From an uncultured archaeon (GTDB taxonomy: Archaea; Iainarchaeota; Iainarchaeia; Iainarchaeales; 0-14-0-20-30-16): a DNA stretch of 32,000 nt. The stretch is from the NCBI GenBank assembly GCA_964480435.1, contig CAYZSS010000005.1, forward strand, positions 12,480 through 44,479. The letters run 5' to 3'. The position numbers and the translations under genes are program-made. The notes beneath the pieces were generated by a model. That model did not search any database and was not told where the DNA came from. It saw only the letters and a list, made by a program, of their open reading frames with translations. Shown here piece by piece: positions 1-8,500 of this stretch. How positions within the stretch are numbered: the first letter of the stretch is position 1; every line of letters begins with the position of its first letter.

Positions 1-621
1 TTTATAATTTCAAAACATAAATCTAAAGACGGAGAATCATATTTTACAGTTCACTATACTGGAAACTATTTGAAAGCAGAGTACGGCGGAGAAGATAACA
101 CTTTATCCTTTTGTAATCCAAATCTAAAAGGACCTTTCTATAATACGCAGGAAATTCCTGTAAAATTTATGGTGGAGGCTACCCACCACGGTCCATATTT
201 TACAAGGCCTCACATATTTATTGAATGTGGTCCTGATGAAAAATCTTGGGAAGATAAAGAAAATATTGTAAAGTATATAAAGTGGATAAAGCCTCTTTTC
301 TTGTTGGAAGAAATACCTCAAAAGAAAGGGGGAATAATCATTGGAGGAACTCACTATTTTGATTTTGAATTTATAGAAAACCTAGAAAGCAAACATAATG
401 TAAGTATAGGTCATATAATGCCTAAGTATATTATTTCCACCCTTATTGAAAATAGAGAAGAGTTTAAGAAAAGGATAGAACAAATGATTGAGAAGACCCT
501 AAATTGTGAAGTAATTTTTATTTACAAAAGTTATGTAGCAAGATATGGCGAAATAAAACAAATAGTTGAAGAAATCAAATTAGCAAGTAAAAGCAAAGAA
601 TTAGAAATTATTTCCATATAA
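1..621 (+). CDS. dtdA: D-aminoacyl-tRNA deacylase, archaeal DTD2/DtdA type; 5' end cut by the window edge
   Basis: Frame 1 is open from base 1 (FIISKHKSKDGESYFTVHYTGNYLKAEYGG...), so the TTG at 70 in the ORF track is not the true start. Blocks TVHxTGN, EATHHGP, FIECGPDEKSW, IIGGTHY and GHIMPKY match the archaeal DTD2 family as remembered from Pyrococcus DTD2. Confidence 0.8.
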   Translation, partial: FIISKHKSKDGESYFTVHYTGNYLKAEYGGEDNTLSFCNPNLKGPFYNTQEIPVKFMVEATHHGPYFTRPHIFIECGPDEKSWEDKENIVKYIKWIKPLFLLEEIPQKKGGIIIGGTHYFDFEFIENLESKHNVSIGHIMPKYIISTLIENREEFKKRIEQMIEKTLNCEVIFIYKSYVARYGEIKQIVEEIKLASKSKELEIISI

Positions 622-730
622 AAAGTAGGTTGTCAAAGTTAATGCCTGTGCTTTTGCATAATTTTTTTTCTATGGTTTAACTATCTTGGACTAATTATTG
701 CTGTTTAGTTTTTATCCTACTCGCCTTTCA

Positions 731-1369
731 TTACTTGTATCTTGCAATTAAATAATCTTCTGCATAGTTTATTTCATATTCTGTTATTTTTCCGTTATCC
801 AGATCCACCCTTATCTTATCAACAAAGGGTGCGGTTTTTTCTTTTAGAATATTATCTGCAAAGATTAGTGCTTTGGTTGTAAGAAACTTAGAAAGGCTAT
901 TATAGTATTCAATGTACTGGCTTTTATTTGCATCCATAAACAAAAAATCTATTTTTGTATTGTGTTTGTGCATATAATCCATAATGTTTGCATTAATTAT
1001 TTTTACAAACTTTTCTAGACCTGCCGATTCTAAATTTTTTCTTGCTAGCCCTACCTTTTCACTCATTACTTCTATAGATTTGACTTCTCCTTTTGTTTGC
1101 TTTACTGCATCTCCAAAAAATAGAGTACTATATCCTACAGAAGTGCCTAATTCAAGTATCTGCCTGCAATTATTGGTTGTTACTAAAGAGTGCAGAAATT
1201 CTCCTTTTTCCCTAGAAATTCTCCACAGTTTTATTACTTCCTGCTCTTTTGGAAAAAGGGGGGGTGGCCCAAAAGACCCTTCGGGGGTTTTTATTTTTGG
1301 GATATAAAATTTGTCACCAAGCAATTCTATTTTTTTTAATTGGGCCAAAGTTTTTAGTTCTAGTTTCAT
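731..1369 (-). CDS. class I SAM-dependent O-methyltransferase (caffeoyl-CoA OMT-like family)
   Basis: SAM-binding motif ILELGTSVGYSTLFF and the IDFLFMDANKSQYIEYY block are typical of family-3 O-methyltransferases. The ORF-track start at 1420 is a TTG overlapping gatD. The first ATG is at 1369 (MKLELK...) and leaves a 22-nt gap after the gatD stop. Confidence 0.7.
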   Translation of the reverse strand: MKLELKTLAQLKKIELLGDKFYIPKIKTPEGSFGPPPLFPKEQEVIKLWRISREKGEFLHSLVTTNNCRQILELGTSVGYSTLFFGDAVKQTKGEVKSIEVMSEKVGLARKNLESAGLEKFVKIINANIMDYMHKHNTKIDFLFMDANKSQYIEYYNSLSKFLTTKALIFADNILKEKTAPFVDKIRVDLDNGKITEYEINYAEDYLIARYK

Positions 1370-1391
1370 GGAATCCCTTGATGTTTTTAGA

Positions 1392-2672
1392 CTATTCTTC
1401 TGTTCTGTTACCCATCTCAAAAAAAAGCGGTTTTGTCATTAAATCAATTATTTCTGCCTTTTTATCTGTTTTTCCCAATACATGTTGCCCTTTAACAAAA
1501 GCAACTTCAGAGAGCATATCTTTTAATTCAATAACACCGGCGTCTTTTAGTTTGATTCCTGTGGAATAAACTCCCATGTTTGTTCTACCGTAAATTGTTT
1601 GGACAGTCATAAAAAATACAATGTCTTTTTCTTTTCTTATAAAATCAATAAAATTATCTGCTACGTGCCCTAGTCCTGTACCCTCAATAATTACTATTTT
1701 ATATCCCTCTTTTTTTAAATAACTAATAATTTGTGGATCTTGTCCAGGGAAGAACTTTAATAGATAAACTTTGTTATTTAGTTTTCCTGGTTCAGTAAGT
1801 TTTTGTTCTGAGTTTAATTCATTATAAGCTTCAAAAAATTCTACTTTAGAGTTTTTAATATTCCTTAAATCAAAAATAACCTTGGCAACAATACCTTTAT
1901 TTATTGATTTAAAGGCATCTCTTTTTGAAGAATGCATTTTTCTTGCCCTAGTTCCAAGTATAATGTTTATTTCATTATCGCTATTTCCGGAATGTAGAGA
2001 AACAAAAACTCCTCCTTTTTTTGATTCAAGAATAAATTTTACTGCTCCTAAAAGGTTGTATGTTGAATCTGAAGAAGGTCTATCACTTGATCTCTGTGCC
2101 CCTACTAATATAATTGGGATATTTGTGCCATTAAGTAAAAAACTTAGAGCCCCGCTGGTATAGTGTAAAGTATCAGTGCCATGAGTAATAATTATTCCTT
2201 TATACTCTCCGTCTTTAATTTTTTTATAAACTGCTTTTGCAATTTCTTCCCAATGTTTTGAAGTAATATTTTCACTTAGTAAATTACTAAATGAATATGC
2301 TTCTATATTTGCAAGAGATTTTAGTTCTGGAATTAAATTTAGCAAATCATCTGCAGAAAACTGTGCACTTACTCCCCCGGTGTTATAGTCAATTTTTGAT
2401 GCAATGGTTCCACCTACACTAAAAATTAACACTTTAGGCTTGTTAATATCTTGGCTAACTTTTTTCTCTTTAATAGTTTCTATAGTTTCCATTTTCTCTT
2501 GTGTTTCTTTAATGATCACTATATTTTCTTTAAGAATTCCCACATTATACCCATTTTTTAATTTTAAAATATATGTTTTATCTGTGGATGATGGTAATAT
2601 AGTTCCTTTGATTTCATCTTCTTTTAATGCATTTCTAAACACAATCTCAACCATTTTTCCAATATAATTCAT
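1392..2672 (-). CDS. gatD: glutamyl-tRNA(Gln) amidotransferase subunit D
   Basis: A GatD-type N-terminal domain is followed by an asparaginase fold with GGTIASKIDYNTGGV and IITHGTDTLHYT blocks. The ORF-track start at 2699 is GTG. The ATG at 2672 (MNYIGK...) is preceded by a GGTGA SD-like motif. Confidence 0.9.
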   Translation of the reverse strand: MNYIGKMVEIVFRNALKEDEIKGTILPSSTDKTYILKLKNGYNVGILKENIVIIKETQEKMETIETIKEKKVSQDINKPKVLIFSVGGTIASKIDYNTGGVSAQFSADDLLNLIPELKSLANIEAYSFSNLLSENITSKHWEEIAKAVYKKIKDGEYKGIIITHGTDTLHYTSGALSFLLNGTNIPIILVGAQRSSDRPSSDSTYNLLGAVKFILESKKGGVFVSLHSGNSDNEINIILGTRARKMHSSKRDAFKSINKGIVAKVIFDLRNIKNSKVEFFEAYNELNSEQKLTEPGKLNNKVYLLKFFPGQDPQIISYLKKEGYKIVIIEGTGLGHVADNFIDFIRKEKDIVFFMTVQTIYGRTNMGVYSTGIKLKDAGVIELKDMLSEVAFVKGQHVLGKTDKKAEIIDLMTKPLFFEMGNRTEE

Positions 2673-2770
2673 TATTTCACCTATACCAAATTTAAACACA
2701 AATCTTAAATAATATTAATTAGTAAGTTATATATAGTATATACTGGTAATATTTATTAATAGGTGTAGCT

Positions 2771-3076
2771 ATGGAAAATAAAGAACTTATTATGAGATGC
2801 AAAAAGTACTTGGCTTTGTCAAAGAAAGCTCTAAAAAAGGTAAAAATCGCAATTCCAAAAACAGGGGCCTTATACAACAATGCAGAAGACTTTATATCTA
2901 TGGCAAAAAATTATATTTCTGACGGAGAATACCAAATGAAAATAGGTAATTATGATATTGCCCTTGCTTCTTTTTCATACGCCCATGCTTGGCTTGATGC
3001 TGGTGCAAGGCTAGGTTTCTTTGATGTAAATAATGATTCTAAACTTTTTACTTTGTTCCGAGAGGTGTCTAAATGA
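2771..3076 (+). CDS. small helical protein, DUF357-like
   Basis: 101 aa with ALASFSYAHAWLDAGARLG, resembling the conserved core of archaeal DUF357 proteins (from memory). AGGTG lies 7 nt upstream of the ATG. The stop overlaps the next gene's start (ATGA at 3073-3076). Confidence 0.5.
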   Translation: MENKELIMRCKKYLALSKKALKKVKIAIPKTGALYNNAEDFISMAKNYISDGEYQMKIGNYDIALASFSYAHAWLDAGARLGFFDVNNDSKLFTLFREVSK

Positions 3077-5538
3077 AAAACTATATTCTTTTTGTGTTTT
3101 GTCTTTTAATTCTTAGCAGTTCTGTATTAGTTGCGGCTGCTCCCCTTACTACTGGATCTATAGATCTTTTTGCAGTAACAGAGGATGGAAAAGGAATTTC
3201 TGCATCCTTGAATCTGGAACTAGTTAGTGGTACAGGACAGGTTTGGTCAAAGATAACTTCTTTAATTGGGGTTAGTACACAGAATACGGAGAAAACAGTT
3301 ATATTTCTTGCAAAAAAATATGCTGATAATGTGGATACCTTTGATTATAAATATGAAATTGTAAGCGATGCAGCAATTGTGGATGGGCCCAGCGCAGGAT
3401 TACCTATGGGGCTATTAACGGTAGGTATGTTAGAAGGAATAAAGATACCTGATTATGTTTCTGCAACTGGGACAATCTCTTCTCAAGGAGCAATTGGTGC
3501 AATTGGGGGGGTTTTAGAAAAAACTAAGGTGGCACATGATAAAGGAATAAAGCTGTTTTTTGTTCCAAAATCCAATCTTGATGTTGTTGTAAAAGATGAC
3601 GGAGTAAAGAAAGTAAATTTAAGTAATTATGCTTATGAAAAATATGGTATAAAAGTAATTGGTGTTGATACCTTAGATGAAGCCTTGGCTTATCTTGATG
3701 AACCACTGGCAAATATAGAAATAAGTAATGATATAAATCAAGAAATGGCAATGTATAACCCGCCTCCTACAAGCTATAAAGAAAATCTGGCTGGGTTTGC
3801 CAAATTTGTAACTAGTTATGGTGCAGAAGTAAAAGTTAACATAGAAAACTCAAAATATCTTATGAATAACACTCTGCTTGAACAGGATGTTACAAATACA
3901 ATGCTTGAATTAATTATATATGCTGAAAAATTATATGATGATGGTAAAGCTGCTGAAGATGGAAACTATCTTTATTCTTCTGCAAACTATTTCTTTTTGT
4001 CTAATATCTATGCTAATTTAGTGGTTGATGTTTGTAATGATCCTACTCTTTTAACAATTAATCCTGTTACCTTTAACGATAATATGGCTTTATTAAAATC
4101 TAATTTAGCGGTTTTAAAAACTAAACTAAATTATCTGCCTTATGAGGGCTTTGAATGGTTTGTTGCTGCACAAGAGCGTTACTTATGGGCGAGTTTTTAT
4201 GTTGATGACATTGAATCAGTACAAGTTGTTATAAATAATCAAGTAAAAAATGTTGCAATGGATAAACTTGAAAAGTATGAATATGCTAGAGAATGGGTGA
4301 AAATTGCAGACAATTTTTTACAAAACATAGACGAAAATAATACTGTAGGAGTATCTGTGGAAAGCTATAAAGAGTCTGCCGAACAGACCCTGTTGGAAAT
4401 AAAAAAATCCGAAGTAGCAATAGAAAAATATGATTTACAAGATTTAGATAGAAGATTATCTGGTACAAAAGAGGCATATAATGCTGGTTGGTACCTAACA
4501 TCTTTGTACGAATCAGCAACTGTGTTGGGAATTGTTAATGCCAATATCATTATGGAAGACAAGAATTATGCTGATCTGAAAATACTAGTTTCTTCAAAAA
4601 TAATGGCTTTGGAAGAAAATATGGGTGATTCAAATAACATGTATGTATGGCCTGAACTGTATTTAAGCCACGCAAAGTATTTCTTGAAAGAGGCTGAGTT
4701 TTACGTAGAACAAGGTAACATGGCTTATGGTCAAAATAGCTTAGAAAGTTCATTAGAATTATTGCAGTTAGCAGAAAATTTGTATGCTGCATCTAAAAAT
4801 TTTTATGATAATAGAGATGTACTAAAAACAGTTATTATCTCAACAGAAATAGCCAAAGAACAGCAAGGCAATATAGAAACAAATAAAGAAAATAAAATTA
4901 CTGTTGTTAGCTGGGGATTCTGGAACATAATTATTCTGATTGTTGTGTTGTTCCTGTTATCTTTGATGTTAATATATTTTATTGCAAAATATAAAACTCA
5001 AAATGATAATAAAGTTTTTAATGATACAAACCAGGAAATATCTCAGGTAAAAGCTTATCTGCTTGAATTAGATAAAAAATATCTAAGTGGAAGGATTTTG
5101 GATACAGAATATTCTTTGTTAAGAAAAGACTATAATAAAAAATTAATTACTTTAGAAAAAAAGAGAAAGGCTGTTATTGATAACCTTGAAGATTTATCTT
5201 ACTTGGAAAGTCAGCAGAAATACCTTCAAAATAAACTTACTAGAACCATTGCTTTCTACACTAAAGGTTTGATATCAGAAGAAGAGTATAACAGGTTAGT
5301 AAATGATTACAAAGAGGAAATAACTAATATAAAATATAATATTGCTGAAGATCAGAAGAACATTCAAAAGGCAAGTAAAGAAGAAGCTTTGTTGGATACT
5401 AAAATTGCTGAAATAAAAGCAGATAAAAAACCAAGTCCAAATAAAGAACTTACAAAACCAAAAATAGAAAAACAGATTACCTCAAAAAAAGAAGCAGTAA
5501 AAAAAACTAAAAAAGCCTCAAAAGTAAATAAAAAGTAG
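3073..5538 (+). CDS. secreted/membrane-anchored Lon-type (S16) serine protease domain protein without AAA+ module
   Basis: N-terminal signal peptide (MKNYILFVFCLLILSSSVLVAAAP). Lon proteolytic-domain motifs are VDGPSAGLPMGLL (catalytic Ser) and ATGTISSQGAIGAIGGVLEKTKVAHDKGIKLFFVPKSN (catalytic Lys block). A ~400-aa helical region follows, then a TM helix (WGFWNIIILIVVLFLLSLMLIYFI, nt ~4912-4986) and a Lys-rich coiled-coil tail. Confidence 0.75.
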   Translation: MKNYILFVFCLLILSSSVLVAAAPLTTGSIDLFAVTEDGKGISASLNLELVSGTGQVWSKITSLIGVSTQNTEKTVIFLAKKYADNVDTFDYKYEIVSDAAIVDGPSAGLPMGLLTVGMLEGIKIPDYVSATGTISSQGAIGAIGGVLEKTKVAHDKGIKLFFVPKSNLDVVVKDDGVKKVNLSNYAYEKYGIKVIGVDTLDEALAYLDEPLANIEISNDINQEMAMYNPPPTSYKENLAGFAKFVTSYGAEVKVNIENSKYLMNNTLLEQDVTNTMLELIIYAEKLYDDGKAAEDGNYLYSSANYFFLSNIYANLVVDVCNDPTLLTINPVTFNDNMALLKSNLAVLKTKLNYLPYEGFEWFVAAQERYLWASFYVDDIESVQVVINNQVKNVAMDKLEKYEYAREWVKIADNFLQNIDENNTVGVSVESYKESAEQTLLEIKKSEVAIEKYDLQDLDRRLSGTKEAYNAGWYLTSLYESATVLGIVNANIIMEDKNYADLKILVSSKIMALEENMGDSNNMYVWPELYLSHAKYFLKEAEFYVEQGNMAYGQNSLESSLELLQLAENLYAASKNFYDNRDVLKTVIISTEIAKEQQGNIETNKENKITVVSWGFWNIIILIVVLFLLSLMLIYFIAKYKTQNDNKVFNDTNQEISQVKAYLLELDKKYLSGRILDTEYSLLRKDYNKKLITLEKKRKAVIDNLEDLSYLESQQKYLQNKLTRTIAFYTKGLISEEEYNRLVNDYKEEITNIKYNIAEDQKNIQKASKEEALLDTKIAEIKADKKPSPNKELTKPKIEKQITSKKEAVKKTKKASKVNKK

Positions 5539-5545
5539 GGTGTAT

Positions 5546-6751
5546 ATGGTAAAGAAACTAAGTGCAATATCGGTTGCTAAGGGGTTAGAACTTCATCCTC
5601 GTTTTTCAGCAAAAGCAACAATAAAAGATATTGTTGATACTCCTTCATTTCTTTATGAATCTGATGTTGCCAAAAAAACTAGACACGGCGCAATAAAGAG
5701 AGAAGTTAATTTATTAGTCTGGTGGGGACATCTTACTCCTGACCAGAAAAGAAAAGTACTATTTCTTGCACAAAGAAGAACCAGAACAGCATTAGCTAAA
5801 AGGTTGCTTAAGGAAACAAACATGACAAGTGGGCAGATTGCAGAAAAATTACACTCTATTAATATTCCTGCAAGTAGTCAAGGAGTACTAAATATCGCAA
5901 AAGAAGTAACACCAGGAAGAGACCCCAGGCCAGTAAGACTGGATTTATTAAAAAAAAGAATAGCTGCAGAGATACAAAGAAATTCACGAATAACATGGGA
6001 TGAAATTGGTAGAAGAGTTGGACTTACAGGGGAGCGGGTATCAGACATTGCAAAAGAACTTGGATTAGAAAAAAAGTATGGGGGGGGCACACCAGATAGA
6101 GAAAAATTTGGACGTTTTTCTTGGCTTAGAGAAAAAGCTATTACTTTTAATAAAAAAGATAAAAGTCCTAAATCAGTAGAAGAAATGGAGCAAAATTATA
6201 ACTTTTTCAAAGATGAAAAAGGTTTTACTCCAAAAACTTATGACCCATTTCTTAGATTGCCATTAAATACTCTGAAGGTCCGTGTTGCTAACTTAGAAAG
6301 ATACGGTATAGATTGGGCTAATGAAAGGTTTTGGTCTCTTTTGGGGAATAGTCCTGATTATATTGATTCCCAGATGAGAGTACTGGATGCTGTTGGTGCG
6401 TCTTCGGAACTACATGGCCTGTTATTTAGCCCTAGGCTAGAGGATACAAGAAAGCAATTTGTTGGGAGGTATCCTGAAAGTGAGAAAGCAGTTATAACTA
6501 AAGATGTACTTACCTTATTTAATTTTGTTGCCAAGACTCTAACAAAGAAAATCATAGGAGTAAAGGATAGAAAGTATGTTTTTGTAGCAGAAAATATAAT
6601 CCTAGAAACATTTACAAACTGTAAACATCCTGAGCAAGACCCAACAAGTTTTTTAGTAATTTTATTTAGAAATGTTATGCATGGGTTAAAAGAAGAGGCA
6701 GCTCAAAGAAATAGAAAGGATAAAAGATATACTGACGCAGTAGGTTACTAA
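5546..6751 (+). CDS. hypothetical Arg-rich protein with tandem helix-turn-helix modules
   Basis: Long ORF with no competing frame. Two similar HTH-like segments: MTSGQIAEKLHSINIPASSQGVLNIAKEV and ITWDEIGRRVGLTGERVSDIAKELGL. The ORF-track start at 5540 is GTG. The ATG at 5546 is preceded by AGGGTG. Confidence 0.65.
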   Translation: MVKKLSAISVAKGLELHPRFSAKATIKDIVDTPSFLYESDVAKKTRHGAIKREVNLLVWWGHLTPDQKRKVLFLAQRRTRTALAKRLLKETNMTSGQIAEKLHSINIPASSQGVLNIAKEVTPGRDPRPVRLDLLKKRIAAEIQRNSRITWDEIGRRVGLTGERVSDIAKELGLEKKYGGGTPDREKFGRFSWLREKAITFNKKDKSPKSVEEMEQNYNFFKDEKGFTPKTYDPFLRLPLNTLKVRVANLERYGIDWANERFWSLLGNSPDYIDSQMRVLDAVGASSELHGLLFSPRLEDTRKQFVGRYPESEKAVITKDVLTLFNFVAKTLTKKIIGVKDRKYVFVAENIILETFTNCKHPEQDPTSFLVILFRNVMHGLKEEAAQRNRKDKRYTDAVGY

Positions 6752-6783
6752 TTTTTCTGATAAACTAAGAATTAGCGTTCTTA

Positions 6784-6800
6784 CCTTTTTTTGAAAAAGG
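6784..6800 (+). terminator. hairpin plus T-run downstream of 5546-6751
   Basis: CCTTTTT-TTG-AAAAAGG is a perfect 7-bp stem containing a T7 run, 33 nt after the stop codon. Confidence 0.35.
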
Positions 6801-7049
6801 CTAGAAAGAATCAGGGATCTGCAAGCAGTTTAATTCTCTCATACGCCTTTTCGTTTTTTACTTTCCAAGAGGGGAAAGTTAGTTTTCTTAAACTCAATTT
6901 CTATATTAAATATACCTTGAGAATATATATTGATTTTTGGTTCAACATCTTAAGCCATTTTCTCTTTTTGGGTTAATTTTATTTGTTTTATTAGTAATTA
7001 CAGTTTGCATACCACCCAAAAAGGGTGTAAGTCATTACCATAAAACCCA

Positions 7050-8483
7050 TTATTGTTTATATTTTAACTCAAAGAGTTTGTTTTTTAAGTCTGTTACCTT
7101 AATTCTATCCTGCTTTGTAGTCCATGAATCTCTTATGGTAACTGCTTTATCATTTAATGAATCATAATCTATTGTAATAGCGTACCTTACTCCTATCTCG
7201 TCGCTCTTGGCATATCTCTTACCAACGCTTCCTTTGTCTTCATAAAGAACTTTAAAACCACAATCAATAAGGTCTTTGAATATCTTTTTTGCTTCTAAAT
7301 CAATACCATCCTTATTTACAAGGGGGTATATGGCACAATCATATGGACTTACATTTGGGTTTAAAGTTAATACTAATTTACCATTTATTTCTGTTAAGTT
7401 TTGGTCTATAAGGCAGTAAAAGGTTCTATCTAGTCCTTTTGATATTTCATAAATATGTGGAGTAAATGATTCTCCATCCTCAACTACAGAAAGATTCTGT
7501 TTGCTTTGTTTTCCATGCCCTGAAAGGTCATGATCTGTTCTATAATTGTTTGCTGTTATCTCTATCCAACCTAGGCTAGTCTCAACTTCTGTGTCAAAAG
7601 TGAATGCAGAATAAAAAGCTCTATCATTCTTATCAACCTCTCTAAATCTTATCTTATCTTTTTTGAATCCTAGCGCTAAAAGAAAGTCATATTCTTGCAA
7701 AATATGTTCTGCTATCACGTTATGTAGAATTAGGTTTTTCTGTTTTAATTCTTTAACCGTTGCTTCTCTAAACTCTCCTTCTTTGAATAGAATTGGAAGT
7801 GTTCTATTTTCATCAATTTTATAATCATCTTTTTTAGGATTAAAAAATACTTCTACATCCATTTGCTCCATTTCTCTTACTCTTATTAGTGCGTTTCTTG
7901 GGGCAATTTCATTTCTATATGCTTTTCCAGATTGTGCAATTCCTAATGGTAATGAGTTTTTTGTTTTGTATAATCTGCTAAAATCAAGGAATATATTTTG
8001 GCAGGCTTCTCCTCTTAAGTATCCAACATCTTTTCCGGTGGCCCCTAGTTGTACTGGGAACATTAGATTGAATTGTTCTGTTTTCCCAAACCTGCTTTTA
8101 CATTTCTCACAAACCAGGTTTTTTTCTTTAATTATTTCATCAAATCGCGAAGTATCTTCGCTTTCGCCCAAAACAACTCCCGCAAGCCTTTCAATTAATT
8201 TATCTGCTCTTTCTACTGTTCCGCACTTGGTACATTTTACTATAGGATCATTCATACTGGTAATATGTCCTGAAGCCTCGAACACAATTTTTGGTAATAT
8301 ACTTGAACCTGAGATTTCTAAATATCCATTGTTTTCCACAACTCGTTTTCTCCACTCAGATCTTATATTATCTCTGATTTTTAATCCAACAGGACCATAT
8401 TCCCAAAAACCAGAAACACTACCATAAATTTCTGCAGATGGGAAAAACAGGTTTCGTCTCAATGCCAAATTCATAATGTCCAT
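7050..8483 (-). CDS. glyS: glycine--tRNA ligase (archaeal/eukaryotic class II type)
   Basis: N-terminal RRNLFFPSAEIYGSVSGFWEYGPVGLKIRDNI, class II core motifs and a C-terminal anticodon-binding domain (YEDKGSVGKRYAKSDEIGVRYAITIDYDS). The ORF-track start at 8492 is GTG. ATG at 8483 (MDIMNLALRR) chosen; ATG at 8474 is also possible. Confidence 0.9.
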   Translation of the reverse strand: MDIMNLALRRNLFFPSAEIYGSVSGFWEYGPVGLKIRDNIRSEWRKRVVENNGYLEISGSSILPKIVFEASGHITSMNDPIVKCTKCGTVERADKLIERLAGVVLGESEDTSRFDEIIKEKNLVCEKCKSRFGKTEQFNLMFPVQLGATGKDVGYLRGEACQNIFLDFSRLYKTKNSLPLGIAQSGKAYRNEIAPRNALIRVREMEQMDVEVFFNPKKDDYKIDENRTLPILFKEGEFREATVKELKQKNLILHNVIAEHILQEYDFLLALGFKKDKIRFREVDKNDRAFYSAFTFDTEVETSLGWIEITANNYRTDHDLSGHGKQSKQNLSVVEDGESFTPHIYEISKGLDRTFYCLIDQNLTEINGKLVLTLNPNVSPYDCAIYPLVNKDGIDLEAKKIFKDLIDCGFKVLYEDKGSVGKRYAKSDEIGVRYAITIDYDSLNDKAVTIRDSWTTKQDRIKVTDLKNKLFELKYKQ

Positions 8484-8500
8484 ATCTATCACTTAAAAAA

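Noticed and set aside
5540-5551. The identical MYMV N-termini of the two multi-HTH proteins (5540 and 19329) looked like a paralog signature.
   Set aside because: It is an artefact of translating the alternative starts GTG and TTG as Met. Both real starts are the downstream ATG-GTx, and the shared TATATGGT string also occurs at other gene starts (19377, 20604, 24537). The rest of the two proteins does not align by eye.
6080-6087. G homopolymers unusual for this AT-rich DNA: G8 at 6080-6087, G7 at 3505-3511 and G7 at 1258-1264. These could be phase-variation tracts or sequencing-error hotspots.
   Set aside because: All three lie in intact reading frames encoding Gly or Pro runs (YGGGT, IGGV, GPPP), with no sign of a frameshift. 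Slipped-strand switching cannot be inferred from one sequence.
6791-7167. ORF-track entries 6791-6976 (+) and 6937-7167 (+) in the large spacer downstream of 5546-6751.
   Set aside because: Both begin with non-ATG codons and lack an SD or TATA context. They encode hydrophobic junk, and the second runs antisense into the glyS 3' end. The region is treated as non-coding.
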